35,075 nt of DNA from Chiloscyllium plagiosum. Lineage: Eukaryota. Positions 1 to 12,744 of the stretch are shown piece by piece. Both the position numbers and the translations under genes were made by a program. The stretch lies in NCBI RefSeq assembly GCF_004010195.1, contig NC_057719.1:45750658-45785732 (forward strand). Reading direction: 5' to 3'. The notes beneath the pieces are model-generated. The model did not search any database. It was not told the DNA's origin and saw only the letters and a list, made by a program, of their open reading frames with translations. Position 1 is the first letter of the stretch; every line of letters begins with the position of its first letter.

Positions 1-159
1 ATCCTTCTTTAAGCATAAATAATAGAAAACGTACTAATGGGAACCTACTTAATAAGTGATGAATATGTAGCATATGCATCTCTGTTACAAATAAAACAAT
101 TCAGATCTATTTTATTGTCAATAGTACCCTCAATCTCTTTATTAGCATGACATTTCTGA

Positions 160-240
160 AGGGGGCCTTGTGGTGCAGTGGTAGGATCCAGACCTCTGGG
201 TCAGACATTGCTGAGGTAGCCACAGAAGGAGCATTGAGGA
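160..240 (+). mobile_element. degenerate tRNA-derived SINE head
   Basis: A-box-like GTGGTGCAGTGGTAG at about 169-183. The rest is decayed. Confidence 0.35.
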
Positions 241-643
241 TGCACATCATAAAAAGTCACCCCAGGAATCTTTTTACCACTTTCCTATTATTCTTAAAAA
301 AGGGAATACCAAGTGTGTGAGAAGACATGCAAAAAGCATTAACATTTTTGAATAGAGTATATCTTATGAAATGGCATTATTGTGGTTTTAAAATATGCTT
401 TCGTGAAGAAGAATTCTTACTCTGCCTACAGTTATTTACTTAACAGGAAGTCCTGAGGTTTGAATATGCTGAATGACTTTTAGTAGATGCTACCTAGTAA
501 TACAATGCATTTACATTATGAACTTACATTCTTCTCTTATGATATCAAACACAAGATGGAAAATGAAAGGTTATTCATTATTCTCCATGTGTGAAGTTGT
601 CAATAGATTTTGCTCTTTTGTATCTAACTGTACTTCACCATAC

Positions 644-773
644 CTATGAAATCCAAATCTTCATTTTCCTCTTCTTCATCTTTAACGCCGTTGGACACAT
701 TTTTCACTTCACCTTTGACAAGATCGACAATTTCTTCAACAGATGATATAACCAAGTAATTGATGGGTAAGTC
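644..773 (-). CDS. TXNDC16: TXNDC16 internal coding exon (130 nt), DLPINYLVISSVEEIVDLVKGEVKNVSNGVKDEEEENEDLDFI
   Basis: Acceptor ttctttag, donor TAG|gtatgg, phase 0 start. Matches recalled human 'GVPVEFLVLHDVDLIISHVEN...EDEDNDMEGPDI' acidic linker. Confidence 0.88.
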
Positions 774-959
774 CTAAAGAAACATGACAGAATTCAAACA
801 AAACCAATTTCTATGGATTAACGAATAGTTAAACACAGAAATGATCTAGTTTTTAGCTTTTAAAAATTAACTTTTGGTGAATGTTTCAATGTTATAGGAA
901 AATAAAAGCCACTATTCATATTCATGCACAATTTTGTTTCATGATATTACCACAGGATT

Positions 960-1295
960 TTCCTCTGGGCAGTAACTTATGCTCAACTATCTTCAGCTGC
1001 TTCAATCAATGGCTTTTCTTCCACCATAAGATCAGACCAACATGTAATCTCTAACACATTGAAAAAAAAGGATAGTGGACACAAGGGAACACCACCACAA
1101 GCTCCCCTCCAAGCCACACACCAGTCTAACCTGGAACTGTGTAATTACTCCATGACTTACGTTGGGTTAAAATCATGGAACCATCTCCCAAACACCACTT
1201 TGGGTGCACCTACAGCACATGGACTGCAACTGTTCAAGAAGGCAGCCTTACTCAAAAAGGGAAGGAGACAAAAGAAAATGCAATAATATGCCAGT
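960..1295 (+). mobile_element. old LINE fragment (CR1/L2 group), same family as 19770-20995
   Basis: Shares segments with the reverse complement of 19770-20860 (gggaacaccaccac..., ggactgcaactgttcaagaaggcagc). Confidence 0.55.
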
Positions 1296-1299
1296 TAGC

Positions 1300-2470
1300 T
1301 TAACACCTGTCACTGGAAAAATGTTAAGAGTCTATCATACAGGATGTAATAATAGAGCACTCAGAAGTACATAATATACTCAAGTAGAGTCAGAATGGTG
1401 TCATGAAGAGCTGACAAATTTATTGCAGTTCTTCAAGGAGGTAACTAGCACTTAAGATAAAAGGGAACTAATAGTTGTAAAATATTTAGATTCCAAAAAG
1501 GCATTGCACATTGAACTACTTAATAAGAGGAATCCATGGTAATGGGGTAGTATGTTATGGATATGATGTATATTAATGACTTTGACAAGTAATGTAAATG
1601 TACTAATGTAAATGATGAGACAAAGGTAGTGGGAAGTCAAGTAACGAGGATGACCATGAAGTCATAGAGGTGAGGGATATCAACAGGTTAAGTGAATGAA
1701 ATACCTTGGCAGATGGAATATAATGTGGAAAAATGGGATGTTATGCACTTCAGCAGAAAGAATAGAAAAGCTGGATGATGTTTAATTGAGGAAAGGCTGC
1801 ATAATGCTACAGCACAGAGGAGTTTCAGTCCTCGTTTATGGCTCACAAAAAGCTAGCATTCAGGTTCAGTGGATAACAGAGAAGGCAAGTGGAAAATTGG
1901 CCTTTGTTTCAAATTAGCCAATAAATATAGGAGGTCTTGCTAAAATTATGCAATTTAGACTACACCTGGAATACCATGAAATGCTTCTGATCCTCTTATC
2001 TGACACTGGAGACAGATCAGAGAAGATTCACTAGGTTGATTCTGCCTATGGAGAGATTTTCTTATAAATGGAGATTGAGTGGGTTGGGCCTGTACTCACT
2101 GGAATGTAGAAGAATGAGAGGTGACCGTTTTGCAACATACCAGTTCTTAGGGAAGTAACAGGGTAAAGGAAGAGACTGGTTTTCCAGTGTGGGAAAGCCT
2201 AGGATCAAAGGGCATAGTTTCAAAATAAGGTGTTGTCTATTTAAGACAGATGAGGAAGTTCTTTTTCTTGCAGTACAGGGCTGTAGAGGCTGAATTATTA
2301 AGTATATACAAGGCTGAGACAGATTTTTAATCAGTAAGAGAATCAAGGGTTACAGTGAAAAGACAGGGAAGTAATATTAAGGGTGTCAGATCAGCCATGA
2401 TGTCATTGAATGGTAAAGTAGAATTGATGGGTCAATGGCCCCTTTCTGTTCCTTCATCTCATTGTCTTAT
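1300..2470 (+). mobile_element. decayed CR1-like LINE, RT to 3' end
   Basis: RT remnants (YLDSKKA from ...DFQKAF; tggcagatggaatataatgtggaaaaatg; aagggcatagtttcaaaataagg) with many stops, followed by a CR1-type 3' UTR. Confidence 0.75.
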
Positions 2471-2499
2471 TATCAGTTCACCAGAAATTGTGAGCTGGT

Positions 2500-3140
2500 G
2501 TCCTGAAGAGGATGGGCTGAATCATTGCTTTATAAGTATTGCTCTTTTTGTTACTGTGATTACTTCTTTGAAATAATTACCCTTATTTAGGTTCAGCATT
2601 GTTGATTCCAACCAAAGTTCCTCAATCTCAAACTGAATCCTAAGTTCTACCATGCTACGGTACCTGTTCCCCAGGGGATTTTTTTATTCTGCGATCATTT
2701 ATCAAAACTACCTCATTACACAACACCAGATCCAAAATAGACTGATTCCTGGTTGGATCTACAACAGATTGCTCTTGAAAATTGCTCCAAATACACTCTA
2801 TGAATTCTTACTACTGGCTACCTTTGCTAATTTAATTTTTCAAATCTACATGGAGATTAAAGTTACCCATTATCAATGTACTACTGTTTTTCACGTCCTC
2901 ATCATTTTCTGACTTATTCTCTGTCCTACAGAACAGCTAGTGTCTGTAGACTTCTCCCATCAGTGCCTTCCTCCACGTCTTATTTCTTATATCCACCATA
3001 TGGATTCCAACTCATTTGCACCTGGGTGATTTCTTGTAACCATACTAACAAAGTTAACTCACCACACCTCCCTTCCTGCTTGCGTTTTGAAAAGTCATGT
3101 TCCCCTAAATATTTCATTCCTGGCTTTGATCTCCTTATAA
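2500..3140 (-). mobile_element. decayed CR1-like endonuclease-region fragment
   Basis: The minus strand at about 2850-2880 encodes LIMGNFNL, the APE 'GDFN' motif. Confidence 0.55.
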
Positions 3141-3680
3141 GTAGGCCATTCAGACCATCATGCCTACCCCACTATTCAATATGATCATGGCTGATCAAAC
3201 ACTTTTACTCATCCCACCCTTACAACTGTGTATGTCACTGATGATCAGAAATCTATTGATCATTCTCAACTGTAAACATACTCAAAGACTGTGGTCGAAA
3301 ATTCTAAACATTGACAACACTCTGGGTAAAATAACTTCAACTCATCTCTGATTAACTTGGCATCCACATTACTTTTAATCTTGGCTCCTGGGTTTTAGAC
3401 TCCCATAAAATCCAGGGAAAACATCTTAAAGATTTTTTGCAGGTTTCAATAAACTCACTTTTCATTCCGTGAAACTCTGGAGAATACAGGCCCAGTTTGC
3501 CCAATGTTTCTTCATTGGACTGACCCTTCATGCCAGGAACAGGTCTAAAGAAATTTTGTTGTATTCTCTCTCTGGCAATAACATATTTCCTGAGATAAGG
3601 ACACCAAAACTGCTCATAATACTCCAGTGTAGCCTTACAGAGGTCTGAGACAATCAAAGCGAAGCTGTACTACTCCTCAT
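3140..3680 (-). mobile_element. CR1-like LINE 3' fragment
   Basis: ORF 3352..3657 'LEYYEQFWCPYLRKYVIARERIQ' is the CR1 ORF2 C-terminal motif (LEYCxQFWSPY...LERVQ). Confidence 0.8.
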
Positions 3681-4187
3681 CAGCCTTCCTAATACCTAGC
3701 TTCAATAATTCGTTTATCTTGTCTTGCACTTAAGCAAACAGCCATTAATTTTGACCTTTTTTTCCACCCTTCATTACTATTGGTAGCTTTTCTTTAATGT
3801 TTTCCATTCTTTTCTGTCCACTCTGATTCATTTGCTTTGTAAGTCTACATATTCCCCCGCTACTACCCTCACGCCACCCCGTCCACCACATACTCCCCCT
3901 AGCTGAGCTCAGGTCTTCCATTCTGTTGACGGAAATTCTCCTTTTGTGTTCTTACTGAGCACTGGCCTTCTATAAGGTCACCCCTCAGCCTCCAACATTC
4001 TAGGAAAAATAGCCCCAGCCTATTTGGGCTCTCCCTGTAGCTCAAACCCTTCTACCCTGTCAATAGCCTTGTAAATCTTTTCTGAAGAATTACTGCTTAT
4101 TTACACTTGCTAATCTCTACCTAAGTACATGATCAGAAGTGTCCTGCACTCTAAATGGCTTGTCAGTGCACAAACTATGCGACATAC

Positions 4188-4606
4188 AGTCATAGAGATG
4201 TACAGCATGGAAACAGACCCTTCGGTCCAACTCACCCATGCTGACCAGATATCCTAAATAAATATTGTTCCATTTGCCAGGATTTGGCCCACATTCCTCT
4301 AAATCCTTCTTATTCATAAACCCCTTCAGGTGCCTTTTAAATCTTGTAATTGTACTAGCCTCCATCACTCCCTCTGGCAGTTCATTCCATACATGCATCA
4401 CCCTCTCCATGAAAAAGTTCTCCCTTAGGTCCTTTTTATATCTTTCCCCTCTTATCTTAAACCTATGTCCTCTAGTTTTAGACTCCCCCAGCCCAGGGAA
4501 AAAACCTTGAATATTTACCCTATCCATGCCCCTCATGATTTTATAAATTTCTATTAAGGGCACCCCTCAGCCTCCAATGCTCCAGGGAAAATAGACCCAG
4601 CCTACT
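4188..4606 (-). mobile_element. HER1/CR1-like LINE 3' end
   Basis: ORF 4117..4563 'LIEIYKIMRGMDRVN...SKTRGHRFKIRG...WNELP' is the CR1 ORF2 C-terminus, followed by a ctatgact tail. Confidence 0.9.
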
Positions 4607-4624
4607 TCATATTTCACAGCAGGA

Positions 4625-5778
4625 TGTTGGATAACTAAAATTACGGTTATATCAAAGACTCTTAACAAAACTCACATTCAATTGGAAAACAACTTATAAG
4701 TTAATAAGCTGAGTGGAATATGCATGTAATAGAACAATCCTGATACGTTTCCATGTATACCACACTGAGCAGATTTGAATTTACGAAACTAACTCCATCA
4801 TCTTGACTATTCGGAAATGGTGAATGTCTCATTACCCTTACAGGCTAGGAAAACACAAAGGCAGAAACTGACATAATAAGGAAGATGGAAAATGCTCAGG
4901 TGTGAGAGAGAAAGAGAAAACATTCTTCTGTAAATTACATTCACTGATTGAAGGGTTCAAGGGACACAGACAGAGAGATAAAGAAAGAGAGAGAGAGAGG
5001 GACAGGATGGAAGCTAGTGGAAGGTTTAATTAGTTATGGTCTGATTTGAGTGTGCACTGGCTTATCAGGGACTGAATGTTTGTGTGCTGTTCCCTGGAGC
5101 TCGAGATCTGGGAAGGTTATGAACTTAATTTGCATTCTGGGAATCTAAGATGATTTTAAAAGAAAATGCCATTTGTAGGACAGTGATACTGGACATGTTA
5201 GCTGAGCGAGGTTACCTCATGACCTTTTCCACATAGTTACGACTAGTCCCTCGTTGTGATGTACTGTTAAAAGGGAAGGTTATCTAGCCAAAGCAATTGG
5301 CCATTTGGCCTGGCTTGATCAGGATTTTCCACTTTGATGTGCATGTAGCTTAATTAGTCAAGCGTACTCAGACCTGTCAATGAGTTTCTCTTCCTCTGCA
5401 AACTTTTGCCATTTTATTGCTGCTTATCTGCTTAAGGACACGTAGGGTTTTTGTAATTTTAATATCGATTTCTGTATAAAGACAGCTTGTTTGCAGCATT
5501 AAGGGGAGTAACCCGAGAGATCTTTTAGGGGTAAGAGCTGGCGCCGCTACTCTGCTGATGGTTTTAGAATCTTAGCTCAAGCCCAGCTTGTGGGTGTCTA
5601 TGTTATAGTGTAACATTGATGCCATTGGTAAATAAAGGTAATAATTTAAATTAAACTGTCTGCAAGAGTTTTATATTCCATATTGCCACAGAGTACGATC
5701 TCCAGGATGAACGAAGAGAGACTTATGGGTCAAGTCCATCAGGAATTCGCTGAGCTGTCTCGAATAGATACTTTAACA
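4625..5778 (+). mobile_element. probable solo LTR inserted between two CR1 segments
   Basis: Ends TGTT...AACA, with a TATA-like TATAAA at about 5475, AATAAA at about 5632 and a (GA)n tract near 4970-5000. CR1 sequence resumes at 5779. No clean TSD. Confidence 0.5.
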
Positions 5779-6860
5779 GAACTATGCCCCTGCAATCCAA
5801 GATCTCTTTGCTCAGCAACACTCCCCAGAACCTTACCATTAAGTGTATAATTCCTGCCCTGATTTGCCTTTCCAAAATGCAGCACCTCACATTTATCTAA
5901 ATTAAACTTCATCTGTCACTCCTCGGTCCATTGGCCCATCTGATCTGCTCTGAGGTATGTGTCATCTGCACATATCCTATGTTCACATCCAAATCATTCA
6001 TATGAATAATGAAAAGCAGTGGGCCCAGCAACGATCCTCGTGACATACCATTGGTCACAGGCCTCCAGTCTGAAAAACAATCCTCCACCACCACCTTCAA
6101 GCCGGTTCTGCAACCAAATGGTTAGTTCTCTCTGTTTTCCATGTGATCTAACCTTGCTAACCAGTCTACCATGAGGAACCTTGTCAAACGCCTTACTTAA
6201 GTCCTTAAAGATCACGTCCATTGCTCAGCCCTCATCAATCCTCTTCGCTACTTCTTCAAAACACTCAATTAAGTTCGTGAGACATAATTTCCCATATACA
6301 AAGCCATGTTGACACTCCCTCATCAGTCCTGCCTTTCCAAATACATGTAAATCCTGTCCCTCCAACAACTTGCCCACTACCGATATCAGGCTCACTGGTC
6401 TATAGCTCCTTGGCTTTTCCTTACTACCTTTCGTAAATAGTGGTACCACGTTAGCCAACTTCCAGTCTTCTGGCACCTCACCTGTGGTTACCAATGATAC
6501 AAATATCTCAGCAAGGGGGCCAGCAATCACCTTTCCAGCTTCCCACAGAGTTCTAGGGTACACCTGATCAGGTCCTGGAGATTTGTCCACCTTTATGCAT
6601 TTCAAGCTGTCCAGCACCTCCTCCTATGGACGTTTTTCAAGATGTTGCTATTTACTTCTCCACTTTCTCTATCTTCCACATCCTTCTTCACAGTAAATAC
6701 TGATGCAAAATACTCATTTAATATCTCCCCCATCTCCTGCGGCTCCACACAAAGGTGGCCTTCCTGGTCTTTAGGGGGCCCTCTTTTCTCCCTCGTTACC
6801 CCTTTGTCCTTAATCTCTTTGGATTCTCTTTACCCTTATTTGCCAAAGCTGTCTCATGCC
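5779..6860 (-). mobile_element. HER1/CR1-like LINE RT region, frameshifted
   Basis: ORFs 6225..6617 (KSPGPD, YRPVSLISVVGKLLE, QHGF), 5994..6221 (DLSKAFDKVPH) and 5909..6100 (GSLLGPLLF). Confidence 0.92.
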
Positions 6861-8625
6861 CCTGATCTCCATCTTAAGCATGTGATCAATTTCAGATTGG
6901 TTAGATAGTATCTTCTCAATTTATGATTCATTTCTTAAGACTGATGATCATTTACTGGCACTCCCTTTCTACTATCTCTACAATGGTTCTCCACACTGAC
7001 ATTCACTCCCGGGGCCATCCTTTTCATTATAGCTTGTTCCTGTCAGCTTACTAAGATTACAGAACTCTCCTAAGATAATGAGGATAATGAGGAATTGTGT
7101 GCCGGTTTACAGGGTATGTAGTATATCATATACCAATGATGAATATCATTCCAAATGTTCCAAATAGCACAACTAAATGTTCTGGGGAATTCTAAACTCT
7201 ATCAATATATTTTAGTTAAAAACAGTACTTACTAAGGAAACTAAGAAGTCACTTTGAAAATACTTTTTGCTTCAGAGAAATAGGAGTCACATTAGCAAGA
7301 ATTAAGTCTTATCATCATAGTGAATTATGTTAAAACTGAGGCAATAAAGAACCATTACAAAATATAACAAAATACATAAAAGTGAAAATAATCAAACAAT
7401 ACTAATGACAGAACTTAATTCTAAAATAATACATAGATTGCTACATACCTTTGGCTAGAAAATCAAAACAATTTAGGACCTAGCTGTATCCTGATACCCA
7501 AAATGAACCTCACTTCAAAAGGTCTTTGCAGTTTATAATAAGTCGTAAAAAGTGAGTCTTCCCCTGCATTAGATACAGGGTCTATTAGCCTCTGGCTAAA
7601 TCATCCATGTCATCTTTGACAGAATGTAGCCACAGGCAAAGGCCTATGTGTTTTTAGCAGCACCATCTTTGACTGACTATAATTAAACAGAATATTAGAT
7701 TAATATATGACTTACTATCTGAATATATGTTGAAACTCTAATTACTGACAAATTAACACAATCTTCCATTAGTGTTGAGCAAACTGTTACAGTACGCAGC
7801 AATTTTAGAATGTCGAATCTGTCAATCCCTGAAACCAAGTGCAAACAAAATATGCTGAACAAAAGAGTAGGAGGTAACAGTAATAAAATCTCATTATATT
7901 ACACAAAAATTATGCAAGCACCACAAATGGAGTTAAAAGCCAAAAAAGGCACAAAATACTTATATCCTGGACGCAATTCACAATATTACAAAGCTCTATT
8001 CAATCAACTCACCTTTCCTGATGTTATGCACACATACCACAAAATATCCACAAGAGGGCAAATAAAAGCCTCTGGTACATCAGGAAAGCCTAAACCGTGA
8101 ATGTTGACAAATCAACTGACTTTCTCAGCAGCTTCAGTTTAGTTCTTATATTACATCTACACACACGCAATTTTTAAGAATAAAAGCACTGGAAACCAGA
8201 AGCTGGGTAGGCTTTTAGAGACCCAGTTTCCAGGGCTATTTTGGATAAGTGGGTCTTCAATGATGATGTTCAACTGAATTCCAATTCTGAGAGGATTAAA
8301 ATGCTGACACAGCTTTTGCATCCAGCCATAGATCCTGTTAAGGTCCAGGTCAGCCATGTGCTTGATTCAAATCAGGTCAACAGGTACTTCAACCCTATTT
8401 ACTGACCTTCAATTTACATCCCTTAATACCATTATTCTTTAAAAGTGTATCAGTCTCATTCCTGAGCATTGCAATTGACCCAACATCCACAGCACAGGGG
8501 AAGAGCATTTCAGGTTTTAAATTCGTGAAGCATCTCCCTTTGTCAACCTGATAATTTCCCTGCATCTAACACATCACTTCGTTTTATCATTTTAAACATT
8601 TCACCATAATTGGTTGTGTGTTCAG

Positions 8626-9133
8626 CAATGTTCCTTCGAGGAACACAGGAACAGGTGGAGGTCTTTCAGCCCCTCGAGGCTATTCTACCATTCAACGAGA
8701 TCGTGGCCTAACTCCATATATCTGCCTTTGGCCCATATCCCTTTGGTTACCAAAACTTTTATCTACCTCTATTTAAAACTAACTGATCTAACTGTCATTT
8801 GTGGAAGAGAGTTTCAAATCCCAACAACACTTAGTTTGTAGAAATGCTTCCTAACATCTCTCGTGAATCATCTGGCCCTAATTTTTAGATTATGCCCTTT
8901 GTTCCAGAATCTCCAGCCAGCGGAAATAGTTTATTATCTACCCCATCTTCTCCTGGTAGTATCTTGAAGACGTCTGAATTGTGTGGCTGTGCAGCAATCC
9001 AGACGTTCACACATGGACGGAGTTTGTCAGCCCCTTTAAGTTACAACGCGAATGCCCCGTGAAAAAAATTTAAGGGGAACCAAACATAAATGAATAGGCT
9101 CATGCAATACGAGAAAGATTAGAGGGAACATCT
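8626..9133. mobile_element. hAT-type non-autonomous element (MITE) interrupted by a CR1 3' fragment (about 8640-8972, minus strand)
   Basis: TIR-like ends CAATGTTCCTTC / AGAGGGAACAT. The flanks GTGTTCAG (8618-8625) and GTGTTCTG (9134-9141) form a 7/8 match, consistent with an 8-bp TSD. Confidence 0.5.
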
Positions 9134-9439
9134 GTGTTCTGCGACAGCTGCCTGAGGCAAATATGCATTTGGAAACAAGGGTGCAGTGCCTAACTCCAAA
9201 CCTTTTTTGTGAATTTGAACTTCAAGAAGGCCAAATTTGTTTGTTCCTAATCACATGAAGAAAATTATGACAGAAACAGTTAAAAAGCAGGAGGCAGCCT
9301 TCAAGAATTTATCAAATTCCCTTTGGAGGTTTCCAAACAAGAGGAAAGAACTGTCAGAATTATTAGATCTCCTCCTGTGTAATTTCTATCAATTAGCAAA
9401 ATTCTGAAACAGAAAATAATCTATTTCTCAATTGTGTCA

Positions 9440-9780
9440 CTCATCTCTGAGCATATGCAAATCATTGTGCAGGCCTGTAATTTCCTATGATAGTCATGAT
9501 GTTTTCATCTTATACCATTTCTCAACATCCCATCACTTCCATAAGAATAATTGGTAAATAGTTGTCTGCTCAGGGACATGGGTTAACCTCTCACCATCTG
9601 GCTCATGACTTCAGTCAAAGACCTAGGCAGATAGGTAGCTTTGATATGCTGACAATCATACAAGAACCAGTACTCTGACAGAGCAGACCAATGGGGTGTA
9701 CTGTCCTCTAATACAACCCCAAGGAAGTCTCAAGCTTTGTTGCTGCATACTATATGATTGGGGCTGCGGGACAAGGAAGA
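9440..9780 (+). pseudogene. PIF/Harbinger (HARBI1-like) transposase remnant
   Basis: Fragments SHDVFIL (9492), LLRDMG*PLTIWLMTSV (9566) and HTRTSTLTEQTNGV (9657) correspond to the Harbinger DDE motifs GSxHD, LLGDxGYPL..WLMTP and H..TR..IE...G. Confidence 0.7.
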
Positions 9781-10550
9781 AACCGAGAAGGAACGTCAAG
9801 AGAGGGATAAGGAAGTGGAGGTTGCAGATAGAAAGATAGGTCAACTGTGCTACCATTTACTAAAGCTCTAAGACAGGAAATTAATGGAAAGGTTTATTTT
9901 CAGAACGACACCTCGCTTCACCAAAACTGGGTGGGGCATGGGGAGTCTGTGAAGGTGAGGGAGAATGAGGGGAGCTGTGAAGGGTGAGGATTGGTAGAAT
10001 GTTTTATCCTTCCCCTTTTGAAAGGTACACCCATAAATCTGCAAAGCTTTGGTGAAGCTTTGGTGGAGGTAAGGCAACTCTTGGGAAAGGTATGTTTTTG
10101 TTCAAAAAGTGCATGAACTCATTGGGACTGGCAAACTTGTCTAGGAATGTACGGAGTTAAAAGAAAACAATGCTAAGTATTTCATAGTGCATATAAACCA
10201 TCATGGGATTTGTGCTTCATGACTGAGTTTCCAAAATATTATTTTCACAATGGGAGCACTACCAAGTGAACAATTTGATGGACAGCTCCAACCACCACTT
10301 GTGTAAACAATCATTTCCATTCAATAAGGAAATGAGCACTTCAGGATTAAGTGCTTCAGTGAAATGTTTATTATGTAAGAAATTAATTGAAATAATTTCA
10401 ATGGATTAACTTTTATTTCTATCTGTGAGTGTATTCCAATAGCGATGTCATCAATAGACACGATCAGCATTCTGAAGAACTTGTTATGGGTATGAGATGA
10501 GTTTATATGGAGAGGGAATGATAAAGGTAGGTGTGTAAAAAGTTTTCAAT

Positions 10551-11055
10551 CGGAAAGATGTTGTGATACTTGAAAGAGTTCAGAAAAGATTAAGGATGTT
10601 GCCAGGGTTGAAGGATCTGAGCTACAGGGAGAGGCTGAACATGCTGTTTTCCCTGGAGCGTCGGAGGCTGAGGGGTGACCTTATAGAGGTTTACAAAATT
10701 ATGAGGGGCATGGATAGAATAAATAGGCAAAGTCTTTTCCCTGGGGTCGGGGAGTCCAGAACTAGAGGGCATAGGTTTAGGGTGAGAGGGGAAAGATACA
10801 AAAGAGACCATTTGGGCAACTTTTTCACGCAGAGAGTGGTACATGTATGGAATGAGCTGCCAGAGGATGTGGTGGAGGCTCGTACAATTGCAACATTTAA
10901 GAGGCATTTGGATGGGTATATGAATAGGAAGGGTTTGGAGGGATATGGGCCAGGCGTTGGCAGGGGGGACTAGATTGGGTTGGGATATCTGGTCAGCATG
11001 GACGGGTTGGACCGAAGGGTCTGTTTCCATGCTGTACATCTCTATGACTCTATGA
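10551..11055 (+). mobile_element. relatively young HER1/CR1-like LINE 3' end
   Basis: ORF 10563..10973 'LERVQKR...LERRRLRGDLIEVYKIMRG...RTRGHRFRV', followed by a (ctatgact)n tail. Confidence 0.93.
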
Positions 11056-12744
11056 GTTCACTTATTGGCTATAAAGAGCTATTGATGAATAAATAGCTCA
11101 AGGGTTGGGTAAATGTGGACAGAATAGCACCTGCAGTATAAAGGACCATGGGGTGGGTAAATGGGCATAGGTTGGCATAGGAGACACGGGGCTATGGGCA
11201 TTGGTGGGGAGGTATGGATGGGACATGCTGATTATGCTGGGATAATGAGGAACGACCAGGTGGGATATTTTGTTATTTAATCTGTGTTTTTAAGTTTTGA
11301 TCACAGTGCTACAGCCTCAAGAACTGGCACCTTCTTAAGATCTTCCTGGGTCACCTGCCCCAATTCCCACTATAGCCCTCTGTACTCCCTGACCAAAAAC
11401 TGGAAGTGTGGGCAGCCAATTTTAACCATCGGTTCTGTGGAGCCAGGAACTCCCCTAGTGTGAGAAAAGAGGGGCTTTCATATGAAGTTGGTGGCTCGCC
11501 TGAAACATCTCTGGCCATTAATGGCCCAGTTCATACTCTAACGATGCTAGCACTTACCAGGGCAGTCTGGTACAAATATGGTTGCAAAGAAGGTGGGAAG
11601 TGGGCATGCAGTCATCCTGCGGCTGCGCACTAAGCATCCCCCAGGGAACTACAAATACTTATGTGGCTGGATGCCTGCATTGCGCACAATAGAAGGTTGC
11701 AGCAGTGGCGTGCTGCTCAACAACCATCTACCCAGGATCTCAGATTGTAAAAGCCTGAGGAGGTGCTGCACACTGATGTCAAGGTGAGAGCTTTTAAGCT
11801 TCCACTGAAGATATCAGAACTGTCTCCAGAGGTTCTACTGCTGTGAGACCCTCTGCATTGCTTATAAACCTGATCACCTGCCCCACGGTTGACAACTAAA
11901 TTTTGATGACATGCATCAAGGTCGCATGTAAGTTAGAATTGAAACTATCCATGCTTTGATGTTGCGCACAAGCCTGCTAACAGGTGAACTAATGCACCTT
12001 AGATGGTGCTCAGTGCACAACCTTCTGTTACATCTGTAAATTGGACCCTCAATGTCCATTTTACTCCCTGCAGTAGTGCCAGCAAGTTTTACCTAGTTTC
12101 AGAAAAAGTGGGAAAACAAAGCCTAAATAGATACTGCCAAGGTTCGTGCATTTGATGCATTGTCTTCAACTGCACTTGCCTCTTCTTCATCTTCTCTCCC
12201 CAGACACTGCTCAGCTTCTGAGCATGAAATGGAACAGAGCAACAAGAGTTAGAGGCAAGGATTAAAAGAGACAGATAAGTGATTCCTTAAAGCAGCAGCA
12301 CTTGTCACTCAGTTTGTGAGGATAACAGTTCATTGAGAAGCAAAAGAAAGTATGATCCAAATGTGTTCTCCATGCTCAGCATTCATCACGCTGATGTACC
12401 CTCCACCCATGAAGTCCAAGGCTTAGTCTTCCAGTGAGGACAGCTCACAGATGGACAAACTCTTTGTCTGTATTCTTGTAATGAATGGCCACTTGTCCTT
12501 CAAGTGAGAGTGTGAGTGTTGATCTAATAAGATGTGTTGAGGCTTCCATGTCAGGTCAAGTAGTATGATGATGTGTGTGAAAGATGGCATGGGATGGAGG
12601 AGCTAAAGCTAAATTAAAGTGAAGAGAGTAGCAGATGCAAACTGTTGCAGTAGCAGAAGGTGGAGTACAATGATTAGGGAAGAGGCAAATTTTGAATGAG
12701 TTGTGTAGAAAGAAGAAGAGAAAAGATAGAGGCAGGAGTCTTAC

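Noticed and set aside
8013..8089. Hairpin as an intronic C/D snoRNA or pre-miRNA
   Set aside because: There is no proper RUGAUGA/CUGA pair at the termini and the stem is branched. It is kept only as a cryptic-exon candidate.
10590..11039. 149-aa minus-strand ORF, and the similar ORFs 31911..32165 and 4265..4510
   Set aside because: These are antisense frames of CR1 3' ends. They resemble each other only because the repeat recurs.
11060..12060. GC-richer segment with short ORFs (11406..11787)
   Set aside because: It looks like a decayed non-autonomous repeat, but I could not define both termini or any protein motif.
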